From Penicillus capitatus (taxonomy: Eukaryota; Plantae; Chlorophyta): a DNA stretch of 64,000 bases. The translations under genes were made by a program, and so were the position numbers. The stretch spans positions 1,097,081 to 1,161,080 of the forward strand of contig OZ287695.1 of NCBI GenBank assembly GCA_965649825.1, in the 5' to 3' direction. Of this stretch, positions 44,916 to 58,955 are shown in pieces (position 1 is the stretch's first letter; every line of letters begins with the position of its first letter). Under the pieces are notes generated by a model. The model was not told the origin of the DNA. It saw nothing but the letters and a program-made list of their open reading frames with translations, and did not search any database.

Positions 44916-47839
44916 ATGTCGGATGTGTCCTATTCTAGCGAGTCTTTGCGTCTGGCCGTGCGACTTGTGACGCGATTGACGTTGTCTCCGCGACATTCCG
45001 AGCGCAAACCGCCTTCGAACGATGCCGCTCAGAATCTCGCCGAGACGGTGCTGAAGTTTCTCGCGGCGTTCGACGGCGTTTCGTTTCCGGACAGCGAATC
45101 GGGATTGGTCGATTCGATCGGGTTCTTTTTGAGAAATCACACCAATCGATTTTCTCCGGGCTCGGGCGTCCGATTCGATGAACTGTATCAAAATTTGACG
45201 ACCTGTATGGGAGACAGTCCACCATTGAGGATGCAAATGCTGCTCCTGCTTTTCTGCATTTCGAGGCAACGAGCGCAGGAAACGCCAGCGCGTTCGCAGA
45301 CACACAAACTCAATATCACACAAACAGTGACTGCCCCTTCTCACTCTTCCAAAGTCTGCTACTGTCTCTCATGTTCTCATCGCCATCGTGTGGCAATGGT
45401 TTGACAGAACGCCGCCCGCGACGACGTGCAAAATAAGAAACCCATAAAGAAGGGGTCAGGAAGAGACGAGGCCTCCAAAAAGACGCAACGCCCAGCCACT
45501 GTTCAGAGTGCGTGTCATCGGAAGTGCAGGCTGATGCACAATGCTGTGTTTTGTGGATCAGTGTCGCCATCGCGTTCGAAAGCGGTCCACGAGATGCCGA
45601 TGGAAAAGCCGCCCGCCACCACTGTGTGTGAGACACTGCTCGTGCATGACGTGCTCTATATCTGCCAAGGCACCTTCGTTCTAGCTTCCTCTTCTGCCGT
45701 ATACGTCGACTGTTGGCTGTAGGAATTGACGGACAGTATATTAAGTTCGGTTCCACGGCAGATGAGGCAGAATTCGTCGTGATTGATCCGTCTCTCACTC
45801 TTTCAGCTCCAATGCGTCAGTTAGTATCACACATTTGCGAACTCGGCTTTCTCTTCAAAAAAGTCCACAGCTTCTCCTCCTCCGGTGCATCGCGGCAGAC
45901 GGGTGACATCAGTCCTGTATCGTCAGAGATCGATGCGAGTATGGATGTCTGTGGCGGCGGCGGCGGCGGCGGCGCGACTAAGACGTCGAACAGCTGTTTC
46001 ACTTCACAGGCCTTCAGCTATGCTGTCAGCAAAGAGCTCGCGGAATACTATCGTCTCATGGCAGTTCTGGAAAGCAGAGCTACAGGTCAAAGGGAAGGAG
46101 ATCCGAATGCAGACGGTGCTCTGACACTCAGACGACTCTCTGTCTGGCTGACGGAAGCTGCAAGGAAGATGCGGATACTGGCCGTGTTGGTCGATTCCAT
46201 CTCCCATCTCAAAGGAGGCGCCTTGGCCAGCGCTCTCTACGCACATTCCCGTACAGGTATGGCACTCTCCTTACACAGCACTGCAGCTCAGGTGGTGCAG
46301 GAGAGCCATTTGCTCAAAAATTCATCATGAGGCTGCTGCGAAAAGTCAGCATGCCACTGTTCAATATGATCAAGACATGGGTCTTCGAAGGAGAGTTTAC
46401 AGATCCCCATCGCGAGTTCTTCGTCGTGGACAACGTCAATGGGCAGATCGCCTCCCATGGCTTTGATCTTTGGAGAATGGGATATACCATCAATCAGTTT
46501 ATGCTGCCAGAATTTCTCACCCCAAAGCTGGCCGAGAAGATTCTGAGAGCGGGAAAGAGCATTAATTTTCTGAGAAGTCGTTGCGGCGACGTCGAATGGG
46601 TCCAAGAACGGGCAGCCAGTTCCAGCACCACAGATGCCGTTTCCTACACCAATCTCGAGGCCTTACAAGCACTGGTCGAAGACGCTTCATCAAAAGTGGA
46701 CCGACGCCTGATTAAGATCATGACACAGAAATACGCATTGCCCGTGCATTTCAAAGCACTCCGTCGTTACATTCTCCTAAATCAGGGAGACTTTGTCCAG
46801 GCTCTCTTGGACTGTCTCAGACCTGAGCTCGACAAAGAGATGAGCAAGATCTCAGATGCAGCCGTGATGGGCTATATCCGCACGGCCATCCATTCGAGCG
46901 ATGCCATGTATGACGACGAGGATGTGTTGGACCGTCTGTGTATGAAGAAGCTGGGTACGTTTACGACGCAGACGGGTTGGGATGTCTTCGCACTGGACTA
47001 CCGCATCGATCCTTCGTCGCCTCTCTCAGCCGTCATTCCTCCGGCCACCATGGTCGAGTATCAGCAAGTGTTTCGACTGCTGTGGAAGCTGAAGAAGACA
47101 GAAGGGAATCTGAATGAATGCTGGAAAGGCCTCAAGTGTATCAGCAGAGGAGCCAATCGACCGGATCTGGGCATGGGCAAAAGAGTGAGAGAATTGCTGT
47201 TGATGGCATTTAATCTCCGATCGAAGCTGGCACACTTTTGTATCAACTTCCAGCATTACGTCATGTTTGAAGTACTGGAAGGCGCGTGGAAGGATTTTAC
47301 ATCCACTGCCGACAAAGCAGAAGATCTGGATGCCCTTATCTGTGCCCATGACGCCTATATGCAGTCCATTCTGTCCAAGTGTCTGTTGGATGACAGTCCA
47401 ACGGCGCACGAATTGAGGAACCGTCTGTCAGAGTACTTTAGACTGATTGATGGCTTTACCAAGATGATCATTCGTCTGGTCTGCGACGCAGAACAGATTC
47501 TCCATCTCCTGTACGCACGTCTCAAAGGCGCAGACGGGCTACAGAATTGGGAGGGGAGTGCACGGCCAGAAGTCGATGATGTGCCCCCAGAATACTACCA
47601 CGAAATGAAGAGCCACTTTGCCGCTATCGTGGATAAATACGAGATATTCATTCACTCATTTACGGAACAGGTTATCTCACTCTTTTCGTCTATATCCGTC
47701 ATTTGTGTGATATCAGGTGAGCGGCGAGGCCCATATAGATTTGCGGTTCCTCATGTTCCGATTAGATTTTGACGAGACCGTCAGTAAACAGGATGTAGAT
47801 GCAGAAGCAATGATTAGCGAAGAAACGATGCAGGAGTGA
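44916..47839 (+). CDS. GCP3: Gamma-tubulin complex component 3 (Spc98)
   Basis: KELAEYYRLMAVLE, LTLRRLSVW, KGGALASAL, LLNQGDFV, GWDVFALDY, YVMFEVLEGAW. Last exon HIDLRFLMFRLDF..* (TGA 47837-47839). Confidence 0.95.
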
Positions 47840-47962
47840 GTGCGTCCATCGCCTTCAAAGCCTTCAATCGAATAGACCCAATTGCTGGCCATTTTATGCC
47901 TGAACTCGCATAGCAGCTTTAACCAGTCTCTGTCTGTACAAAGAAAACCGTCAAACCAAAGC

Positions 47963-49429
47963 TCACGGTTGAGCTGTCCCATTGCTGCTATTGCTAGTGC
48001 TGAGTTCTTTAATAACTTTCTCCGCGACTTCTTTCTCGAGCAGAATAGAATACAGTTCATTGCCTTTGTCATCTCTTTGCTTTTTGACGAGCTCGTGGTC
48101 GACGAACTCGTTGAGGTGACTTCTCAGAACGGAGACATTCGACACCAGGAAACGCTGCTTGCATTTCTTGTACAGATCACTGAAAGAGACCCCTTCCGGT
48201 TTGGCACGTCCCGCACTCTTCTCCCGTGTCGTGTTGGGAACGGAGACAGATTGCAGTGGCATGGAGCGAAACGCCGGCATCGTTTCTTCTTGTGCCAAAA
48301 GGAGAAAGATCTGCTGAGCATTCGCAACAAAACTCTTCAAAACGAGCAACGCCATTTCAGCCTCCCGTGCATCCGAAGCCTTGCTCTCTACACACACATC
48401 CATCTATCGAGACATGACCCGCAGATGACCAACACCTTTGGTGCGATTGAGGGCGATTGGACGATCGGCTGCTTCTTCAAAGTAATGCTGGCAGGTGTGG
48501 ACGGCGAATGTGCTCCAGCCAAAGAGCGATGAGGTCTGTGCGTTCCACAGGAGACTGGCATTGATGTTTTCCATCGATGCCACTATCGAGATGTTGGGAG
48601 ATGCAGCGAGCTTTGCCAAAATGAGTTGATCCTGTTTGCCTCTAAGACTTTCGCTATCAATACTGTGCACAAGAAGATAGACCTTCCTCGAATCTGCTCT
48701 GATTCTGTCCAACACATCCTGACTCGATTCTCTAAAGCAACAACGTCGCATTCCAAACGACCTTAACTGCAAAGCTGAGCGTGCGTCGCCTCACTTTTCG
48801 AGATTCTCCTTAAAGTACAGTTCGCCGATGCTGCGGAGAATGTCTTTGCTGGTCACTCCTTTGAATCCTTTGATGGATAGTACTGCGCCATCCTGACAGT
48901 GATGTGACGTTCCGAAGCCGTCCAGAAGCTCCACTGTTGAACCGAGACCATAGATCAGGAGATTATGACCCAGGTCAAACTGCGCTTTCCATTCCCGATA
49001 CGTCCTCGCGTTCTCTTTCGGATCCAGCTTCGCCGTTCTCGGCTGCGCCTCTTCAAATTGCCGCGTGCTCATGGGCGGAATGCGCAGATCCGAAAATCGC
49101 CTTTCGGTCCGTCTGCCCCTTCGCTTTCGATGGCTGAAATACGATGACGCTGCTGGACTGGCCACATCTCCCGGGCGCGGTCCTTCCGATACGATCAGTG
49201 TCTTCAGTCCATATGGCGGAATTCCATGAAAATTCACAGACGACAGTCGCGCATGGGCGATTCGACTATTGCGCATGGGAGCCGGCGTCATCAAGCGGTT
49301 GGAGGCAGTGGAGGGCGACGGAGTCAAGACACTACACAGAGAAGTGGATCCACCCACGTCCAGTGCCGTGGCCTTACCGCGTGGCCTTGGGCGTCTTGAA
49401 CTCAACGTGCTCGACAGGGGTGTTCTCAT
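47963..49429 (-). CDS. ORC2: Origin recognition complex subunit 2
   Basis: W..QFDLGHNLLIYGLGS, VYLLVHSIDS, LAASPNISIVASMENINASLLW, HTCQHYFEE, FLVSNVSVLRSHLNEFVDHELVK. Confidence 0.94.
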
Positions 49430-49698
49430 TCCGCGCTTGCTCCGGTGACGTCGAGTGGCATTTTGAACGTTTGGCGTCTTCCCGAACGGGCAGCGTGTTT
49501 TCGGCGTCTTTTGCAATACCGAGAACGCGTTTCTCACGAAGGGATGTCATCGAGAGACAGAAAACGACGCGAAATTTATCGACAGCTCGACAAACGCAAG
49601 ATCGACCAATCGGACGATGTTTGGGCCCGGGCGCGTCGACAGGACAGCTCATGCTTTTCATTATACCTGTCATCACGGACGACACAATCAACAGACAG

Positions 49699-52203
49699 TC
49701 AGTTTCGGATTCTGTAGAGGCCGTTGGTTTGGCTGATGACCCTCTCAATGGCCAACGATTCGAGGTACTCGCTAAGCTCGACTTGAGACATGTCAAAGGT
49801 ATGCTGCTTCACAAACTTCTCCAGATGCCGGAAGATGTCTTCCAGGGTGGTCGGCATGTCACCTCGCTGTCTCAGAAACTCCATGATGTAGGCGCGGAAG
49901 CATACGAATTTGCCGGAATCGGATTCTCTGGATTCGGTCGTGTGCATCACGTCTTCGTCCGAATCTTCGACGATGGGATCGCTGGGGTGCTCCATTTCGG
50001 ATCGGCGTTGATACCAGATCTCTCCGTCCTCCATGATCTCATGCAGAATGCCATTGTTGATCCAGTACGTCATGCGCGATCGGAGAACAGGAACGGTTAG
50101 ACCGATGTCTTTCGCCAGATCTGTTTCTTTGATCGGCTTGTCGGGGCGGAACTTGAGAATGATGCAGGCCAGAACGGGATCGACGGTAAAGGAACGCGTC
50201 GTTTCGCCAATGGTGACATCCAATTCGACGATTCCTGCCCCCGTTCGCCAATTCAGCGTCCTTGGAGGTTTAAGCGTACTAAACTCCTTGGCGTAGACAT
50301 CGAGGGCGTGCTGTACTTCGGGAGGCAGCTGGATCTGTGGCTCTTTCGGTTCGGGCCAGTAAAGATAAGAGATCAAGAGGGCAGATATATTCAGAGGACG
50401 TTGCGGAGCGGCATCCTCTTCCATTTCAGCCGCCAGCGTTTTGTCCAGTTCTTTCCGGAGAACGGGATTGAGGCCCTTCGACTGAATGATGTCGTGGATC
50501 ATGACTTCGCAGTCGCTGAGCTTGGGATCGTTGAATCTTTTCTTCAGGAGATCGAAGATCCGGCACTCTCGATCACAGTTGTAGTCCATCCTGGTCATCA
50601 GCTTCTCTGCAAGGAGCTTTTGGTATTCTTCCGTAAACTGCTCTTTACTGCTGTAAACACCAAGCAGCGTCGAAACGATATCGTACACCGTTTCGTGATT
50701 GTGCTGTTTGCTGGCAGTTTGTTGCCCAGCGTTCGTGATTCTCTGCATCTCTTTCAGTGCTTTGAAGCTGATCTCTTCGTCTACAGGACACATATGATAT
50801 CGCATCTGCTGGCAGAGAGGAAGAAAAATGTACCTTCTTCTCCAAAGACATCGTTCTGTGCATCTGCCATTTCTTCCAGGACGCACGGCGTCTGCTGTTT
50901 CGTATCTGCCAAAACAGAAACGATGCATTTCATTGTATCGATCCGATCTCGTAAGTAGGCTTTGTATGTCTCGCCTACGGATTCCATGACTTTGCCTACA
51001 GAACTCAGCGCCTGTATAAGATTGGATCCGATCGCTGCGTCTGATACTGTTTGGGCCGATCTCTGCAAACATCTTTGATGCTATGAGGAAATGATAGATG
51101 ATGTCCTGTGTGGCGGCGCCGGCTTGAAGCAGATGCCTTTTCACTTGATCGGTAAAGGCCGCAATGATCTCCGTTTCTTGAATGTGGGCAAGATTCAAAC
51201 TTGTTTTCAGATCGGACACGGCTCGACGGCTGTTCGGATAATCGCTGACCATTTCGTAGAGCTGATCGATACGTTTTAGGCCGACGGCACGTCCAACACA
51301 GGCAAGCAGCACCTGTTCCCACTCGGGGAGAGCATTTGGCTCGACCATGCATTCGAGAAAACAGTTCTTCATAGTCATGGCATAGTCCTGGAGTCCTTTA
51401 TAGATCTCCTGCCATTTGTCATCCTTACGTGACATGGCCAGGTACGTCAGACGATCCTTCAGTTGGGCGAATACCGTCGTCTTGATCGCACTCTCGTGGA
51501 TCTCGTGTAGTTCCAGGTACCTTATTTGACAACCGAAATTCCATTTTGACATGACAGGACTTGGAATCTCACTTGAGTGAATCTCGCACGTCTCTGAAGG
51601 AATGGATGGTCAATGGATCGAGATTGGGACGCTGAGTCTCGTATTGAGTCGGATCGAGAAATTCGCCAATCTTTTGCGGATAGAACGCACGTACCAATTC
51701 TGCAGAAGCAGCCGGTCTTCACATACAAAGATGTACCATTCCCTGCGTGTACCTCGCAGTGCAGGTTGAGAGTGTCGAATGAGGCAGAGCTGCGCTCTGG
51801 CAATGATACGTCGCAGTTTGCGCTGTTCGTGTGGCACAATACTGGGCGTCATTTTTGAACACATCTGCAACAAATGTATAAAAAACTCCACAATCATCAA
51901 GACCTTTCCATAGTACACCTAATCGCACACTCTGCTGGTTTGCTGCATTTCTTGGCAGCGACACGAACGTGGAGCGTGCAACCGAATTCTGCCGCGTTGG
52001 CAGGTTGCCCGAAGACGTCCGGTGCAGAACGCGTCCATAAATTCTTCGCCAAGTGGTCTTGGATGTAGCTCTGATGCGAGCCGAGTGTCGATAAGGGTCA
52101 TCGGGGAGACATCAGGTATTGCCACGCACTTCTGCTTTTTTCCGTATGAGTCCCAAGAACTTCTTCCAAGTCGGGGCGTTTCTGCACAGCTTTCGCAGTC
52201 CAT
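49699..52203 (-). CDS. APC2: Anaphase-promoting complex subunit 2 (cullin homology)
   Basis: RHLLQAGAATQDII, YLRDRIDTMKCIV, LLGVYSSKEQFTEEYQKLLAEKL, LLKKRF..CEVMIHDI, LLISYLYWP, RTLNWRTGAGIVEL. A 52-nt intron near 50989-51040 restores the frame. 5' end approximate. Confidence 0.93.
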
Positions 52204-53505
52204 CGACTTCGAACCGTATCTCAAAAAACCGCTAAAACGGCGACGTCAAGCTGAATGTCGTCGATACGATCTTCACCTGCATCGCATCGTCCGTCTGGTA
52301 AGACTCGACTTGGCGACGGAAGTCTGTGAATGTCGCCAGTGCGAATGGAGGCATCGACGATGACGACGAAGACGTGATATCCGGTAACAATGCCATTGCG
52401 AGGGATCACCCGACAACAATGCACGTCGTATGTCACAGACGTCAATGCAATCGATCGTCATTTCATCAATTAACAAACGCATCACCAGAGAAGCATCTTA
52501 GTAGACGGAATCCACAGATATCGCAGTTTGTCGGCCCGCAGGTGACAAATCGCTGCCGATCTTGACATGGAGGGAATGGAGTTGGGGCGCATATGTTTAA
52601 AACGTGCAGTGCGTACAGCTAAGGTCGATACAGTACATCTATCTCTTCGATGCCATTTCAAGATTTTTCCATCTATTGGAAAGACCGTCCCAGACGCGAC
52701 GCGATAGACCGAAGGCGTCATGGTCTGCGTGTGTTCTGACCTTCGCCATAGCATTTCAGAATACCAGCATCAATGACAATAGAACACGGAGCGATGTAAA
52801 GCGAGGAATGCAAACTCCGCGTAGAGTCTGCCCTTCCTTCGCCGGCACGACCGTGTGGATTTTCGTATACTTCTCCGAATGGACATCCTTCTTGTCTTCC
52901 GCGGTGGCCGTAGCTGCCTCAGACAACGAGAGTGTCTTTGAAACGCTCTTGGAGGGCGGCGGTGAAGCATAGCATTGCAAAACGCCGTGTGCACAGCGCC
53001 CGACGCAGTAGTGGAAAACGAGACTTCACAAGACATTCATTCCGACGACCTCTCCATCACAGCAGGGCATCTCAAACAGCAGAGACGACAAGCATTTTAG
53101 CGCCATCACACTCGACAAACGCCGATCGTCCAACTCAGTTTTCACGTCGTATCTATCTCTCTAAAGCTTCCGATGTCGACTCCCGCACGACGGGTTCTAC
53201 CCGACGGGTAATACAAGACAAAGCCATCGCGTATGATGTGACCGTGCGAAGACCACGTGAGTGAGAGGACCATCATCCGTTCGGACGGCGGCAAAGGCAA
53301 CGTGCTCTTTGATGTGACGTGGTCCCTTCTACAGCGACGTCCTTTTCATCTCGACCGTCGGATCTGTGCGCTGCTTTTTCCCAGGTGACTTGCTGGCAGG
53401 GTGAGTCATCGCATCGAACGGACTCAACTACGCAAACACTGAACAACTGCGTCTTTGAATTCTTCTTCGTTTCAAACCAACGCATTCGAATCTCTTGCGC
53501 ATAGT

Positions 53506-55280
53506 ATGCTCACTTCGTCATGTATGCTGTCCAAGAATGCACTGACTGTTGGCACTCGACTTCGCTCACCTGTACACTACTCTTCGAACCCTTTGAATAA
53601 AGGGCGTTCTGACCGAGTGCCTCGGACAAAGCAACCCCTCGGAGTGCCGCATCTTTCTCTGCAATGCCGTGCCGCTCCACTGGCTGCTTACTGGAATCCG
53701 TCTGAATTTCTACGCCGCCCGCAACGTAGACCGCAGCGGAAAGCGACCGTCGTCGTTCATGCTTCGGCGGATGGTGACGTCAACAGAGGTCCACGTCTGC
53801 CCAAGAGAAAGTCAATGAACTCGGGCTCGATTATGGGGGCCATAGCTTTGATTACGGGCTCCACTGTTGGAGCTGGAATGTTGGCCCTTCCCGAAGCCAC
53901 AGCCGGTGGTGGGTTCGTACCCTCTGCAGGCATTATGATCGTTTCTTGGCTGATACTCACTTCTGAAGCCCTGCTGATGGCGGAAGTGAATCTGTCAGTT
54001 AGGGAGAAACGTCGTAAAGCGACTGGAGAGGACCCCGATACAGTGGTGACGCTCAAAGAAATGGCCGAACAGACGTTGGGTCCTATAGGAGGCAGACTAA
54101 CATCGGGACTCTATCTCTTCTTAGTCAACACTCTGTTGGTGGCCTATATCTCTAAAGGAGGTGAATTGCTGGATTTGTTATCGGGTCACAATATGTCTGC
54201 CAGTGTTGCTAGCCTCGTGTTCACACTTGGACTCGGCGGACTTCTGTGGAAAGGATCGGAGAAGACAGTCGATCTGACAAACCGTGCATTCACTTCTATC
54301 TTGCTGTTCCTATTTGGTGGTCTCCTTCTGGGCGGCGCACAGTCTGCGCATTTTTCGACACTCCTTCAGCAACAGGACTGGACACAGGAATGGAGTGCAT
54401 TGCCTGTTGTCTTTCTGGCCTTGGTGTATCATGATTTGGTGCCCGTGTTATGCAAGTATCTGGGCTGGAACAAAGGGAAGATACGCACTGCATTGGTGTG
54501 TGGAAGTCTCGTGCCGCTTTCGTTGTTCTTGGCGTGGGACGCTGTGGCTTTGGCATTGGTTCCTGGAGCTGTCAATGTCATCGAAGCCGGCGGTGCCATT
54601 GATCCTATTCGTGTCTTGATCGAGACACAGGGAGATCTCGCTGGCACAGCCATCGGAATTTTTTCTTTGCTAGCAGTGACGACCTCCTTCATGGGCACGA
54701 CACTCGGTCTGTCGGAATACATGAAGGCAGAAGTGACAAAATGGTTCAAAAAACCCAAACAACAACAACAACAACGTGAGACGGTGGTCGGTGAGACAGA
54801 GGTGGAGATCGATGTAAAACTCTTGGCAATGATGATGTCGTTGACACCACCGACACTTGCTGCGTTTTCCAGTCCCAACCTCTTCTTTGCCGCGACCCGC
54901 ATTGCTGTAAGTTTGTGTGCCGTGGGATCGCGCCGTTCTGAGTGTCCCGTGCCTAGGGGGGTTATGGGATGACGCTATTGTATGGAATCTTGCCTCCGAT
55001 CATGGCGTGGTATCTCAGACATCCACCGGAGGAGAATCAGACGTCGTCTTCTCAGAGTCGAAAGACACGCGAACTGGTGCCTGGCGGCCGTCCAGTTCTT
55101 GCCAGTCTCACATCCTTTGCAGCCAGTGTCGAGATCGGAAAGCTCGTCACCGATTTGAAAGCATTCCTGATGACATTGGGCATGAGTGGAGCGCCCGTTG
55201 CCGCTGCCGTCAACGTGGCGATTTCAGATTTGGCATCCGTCAACTATTCTCATGGAGTGGTCGATAAACTTCATATGTGA
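53506..55280 (+). CDS. Tyrosine/tryptophan permease (HAAAP, TyrP-like), probably plastid-targeted
   Basis: GAIALITGSTVGAGMLALP, LLMAEVNL, ALPVVFLALVYHDLVP, GSLVPL, LAVTTSFMG, GGYGMTLLYGILP. Long S/R-rich N-terminal extension. Confidence 0.93.
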
Positions 55281-55900
55281 TCGATCGCGCACGACCACCT
55301 CCTATCCAAAGCGATACATCAGAGGGAACGTCTGTCTGTCCGTATGTATAAAAAGGCATCCATTGACCACATCTTTCCTATCATTGTATATTAGCTCGAG
55401 GTTCGCTGGAGAGGGAGAGCAGTTCCTGGGAAGGAATTGAAGGCATGGGATAAATGGACCGAGCGGATTGTATATTAGTATCACAGAACGTTTGCCGTAT
55501 GAGAGGATTGAACGGTCGATTCGAATCTAGTTTCGACATATCGCATCAAGCATGGCTTTGCCGTCACAGAGGGTGGAGATGTCTGCAGTTTTTTGTATTG
55601 ATAGTTGTGGGAAAACGCTGTCACCTGTTTGGAGTGATATGTCAATTGGACCGCACATCTGAAGCGGTCACTCTTTTCTATATCGATTGAGCAGAAGGAC
55701 GTGGTCGAGGAGGAACGCTGTTACTGAATTTTACTTATGACCGTTGTGGTTCACGCTCTAGAATTTCTCCATTGGGTCCCTTTTAAAGACGGATGACACG
55801 CGTTGTCTACTGTACAGAAGAATCAAATGTTCTGGAATCTTTACACACAATGGCGGTTGGTTTACATGAAATCCTTAACGTACTGAAGAGGTGTTTGACC

Positions 55901-58900
55901 TTATGATCGTTGACAAGCAGGAAGTGTGAGATTCTTGACCGCTTCCAAATCACACTTGTGGAAAGAAATAGAGAATTCGCTTTCTGAAGTTGTGTTCGAT
56001 TCTGTGCTGCTTGTGAAGAGCAATGGATCATAGATGCCATGACGACGAACACATCTCTGACGTCGTTCTTTGTAAAGTTGCGCTCTGAAGTGCTTCCATT
56101 TCAATGTCTCTTTGACCGGTACCTTGCTACGACGATGCTCGAGCACTTGGGTCTGCGATCGTGAATGTGTGTCTACGGATCCGTCATCTTGCGATGAGGC
56201 GATTGGCCCTTCGGTGCACTCGGACGATCGGGTTTCGGAATCGGCGGAGATACAGGCAGCGTAGAAAGAAGCAGTCGGCCGCCAGAGTCGCTGATGAGCC
56301 TCTGGTGTCGTTGTCTGTCTTAGTTTTGCTGTCTCCCCTGCTGCTGTGATGTCGGTAGACAACACTTCTGCAGGATGTGCTGATGCCAACGAGCCGTCAG
56401 CGATCCTCTCTCGCGTCTTAGGAGACATCTGTATCGAATCTCGGCAGTCATGTCCTGCACCTGTCTTTTCGCCTGTTGTCTTGACAGACAACGCAGGACT
56501 TGTGTGATCGGAACGTTTTGGAACTTTTATGGTGTTCTGGCCGATAGATGTCGAATCCATTGCGCTCTCCTTTTGCAACAGATTCGGCTTTGGTAATACC
56601 GACGTTGGAATGCTGTGTGAGCATTTGTGGAGTGCTTGAGATCTCGCCTCTTCGACCGTTGTCTTCTCTATCAGATCATCGATGAACTGCTTGACGAGGT
56701 CGTCGCTGTTACGATCGTTTTTCCGGACACCGACGATTTCGCTCCAGTAATCTCTCGACTGCTGTTTCACTGCGAGATCCGGCATCGCATCCACGATATC
56801 TTTCACCGCGTCACCGATTGGTTCGTTACTGTCATGGCCGAATCTCTCCATCGTTTCTGCTGGACTCCTCCAACGAATCGGCAAATGCATGAGGCTGTCC
56901 AACTCTGTCTGCCTTTGAGATCTCGGCGATGGGACATCGTGGACAGGAAAGGTCGAAGCGATCCCCGCGTTCGAAGCAGAACGCCGAGTGGTCGACAACA
57001 TAACATCCACGAGGCCTTCGATCAATGAAGCTTCCTCGTCTTTCCTTTCTGACGCATCTGGTTTCTTGTCTGGCTTCGTCTCATTGCGTGTCCTCGTTCG
57101 CTTTCGTTGGATCGTTTCTGTCGGAATCTGGTTCCACTCAGAATCTAATCTTAGTGGGTGTGGCAGGACGGAATGCGTTTTCACTTCGTTTTCGGCATTC
57201 CGGTTCGGTGCAGGCACTCTTCGTCCGAAGGCAATCTGCGGTTTCTGTTTCTTTCGTGCTGTATTCCCTCGGTCGGCTCTGACCGTCGATCGATCTTTTC
57301 CTCGATCCATCGGCGATAACTCCAAGTGATTTCTCTTTCTCTGAGATCGCTGTGATGGATCTCGCCTCGTCGGATCTTTTCTCCCATCGTCTGTCTCCGC
57401 CCAGGTCATCCGCGAAACCGCAAATTGGTCCGGCGCCTGTAACGCGACGATCTTTGAAATGATCATCACTTTTTGCTTCTCGGGATACAGTGTTCGTTAC
57501 GTTCTTCAGGATCATGGGAGAGGTCAATGGATGAGACCGTATTTTCTTGTATGCAGAGGTATTGCGTTTCTCGCCCCTCTTCTCGATGCGGCGTGCGATC
57601 TCTTCTCTGAGATGTCGCTTCCAATCTGCCTCGTTCGGGGTATCTTCGATTGTTACATGATATCTTGTAAAGGAGCACATGTCGTCGAAATCCGGTAGGT
57701 TCACTTGACGTCGATGCGCATCGTAGTCAAACGTGCCAAGATCACTCTTCACACTTTCCATAGCTTCTTCGTAGCTCCGATCCTCCTCGCCAAAAACGCC
57801 CATCCCTTTAAACGGAATGCCCTTTTCGGCACTTGGATCCAAACACGATCGTGCTCGCCGGATAGCCGCTTGCACAGATTCGGGCAACACGATCGTCGCT
57901 TCTTCCACGGGCACTTCATTCGTCTCCGTTACATCGCCATACACACTTATGCCACACGGATGGTCCTCTTCTTTATCCTTAGCGGCAAAACCCGAAGGCC
58001 ACTGAAAGCCGACGTCGATCGCATGCTTTTCCTTCCCTACTGCATCTCGAGATAAACTCTGAGCTACTGTCCTATCCGCAGATGTTGACATCTCTGTACT
58101 TAAAGCAGCGATCTCTGCTGATGCCGTTGGCTTCGTTTCCATCCTTATTGCATCGGCTTCGGTGATATCGTTGTTCTTTTTCAAAACGGTCGCCATGGCA
58201 GTGGACACAGCAGAAACGATGAGCGACGATAGGAGAATCCAATCCACTTTCCGGGTCAGAAGATTCCGTGACCGTTCACCGTGGATCTTATCGCAAGGGA
58301 GCGCAGGACCATTTTGGCCGCGCCTTTGAACGGACTCCATCGATGCAACTTCCCCATTGGGCAACGCATCGGTGGAGGGACACTTGTCGAGAAGCTGAGG
58401 CGAAGGACGCGTCTGCTCTGTTCTCTCCATCTCCCTGCACATCGTCTCTCCGCTCAGTGCCAGCCCGTCTCTCTCTCGCTTTTCGCGAAATCGCGCCGCA
58501 ATTCGTGCACTGTCGACCGGCAGGAGCACACGGGAGCTTTCTTGTTCTCGTTCCACCACACGCACATCGGCACGGTCATCATCTTCTTGGCAGTGCACTG
58601 CCGTCTTGCCAGTGTCTAACGGACATCCATGCACCGCGCATGCTGTCTAGATCCAAGATGCCGTTTTCCATGAACCGAGGGTGCAGAACATCGACTTTGC
58701 GAATATACTCAACCACATCGCGCTGTGTGGTTGCGTCGATGGAATGTCTTCTGGGGAAGGGAATCCGCTTCGCAATCGCTTCGATCGACGGCCACGACGC
58801 GTTGCTCTCCTAAGTCACCTGTCAAATCTCGCGTGATGACATGTGGCTTCCCTAACATCGCGGTCGGTATCGAGGAGTCTTCGAATGCGGTCCTCGAGGG

Positions 58901-58955
58901 TGTCGGATTCTCCACAGAGTCGCATAGCGAATGCTTCGCATTCCTGGCGTGCCAT
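55901..58955 (-). CDS. Large low-complexity hypothetical protein (>1000 aa)
   Basis: Two long ORFs (57138-58634, 55901-57469) are joined in frame by a 40-nt GT-AG intron at 57145-57184. Likely upstream exons extend to ATG 58955. No domain recognised. Confidence 0.65.

Noticed and set aside
49699-51552. Apparent nonsense stretch or frameshift inside the 617-aa APC2 ORF
   Set aside because: Explained by two short introns flanking an exon in another frame (SKVMESVGETYKAYLRDRIDTMKCIV).
52640-52980. In-frame UGA on the minus strand (LMLVF*NAMAK) as selenocysteine
   Set aside because: No CxxU or other selenoprotein-family context, and no SECIS identified.
57138-57469. Two long overlapping ORFs suggesting a programmed frameshift
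   Set aside because: A 40-nt GT-AG intron with a CTAA branch-like motif (57145-57184) joins them in frame.
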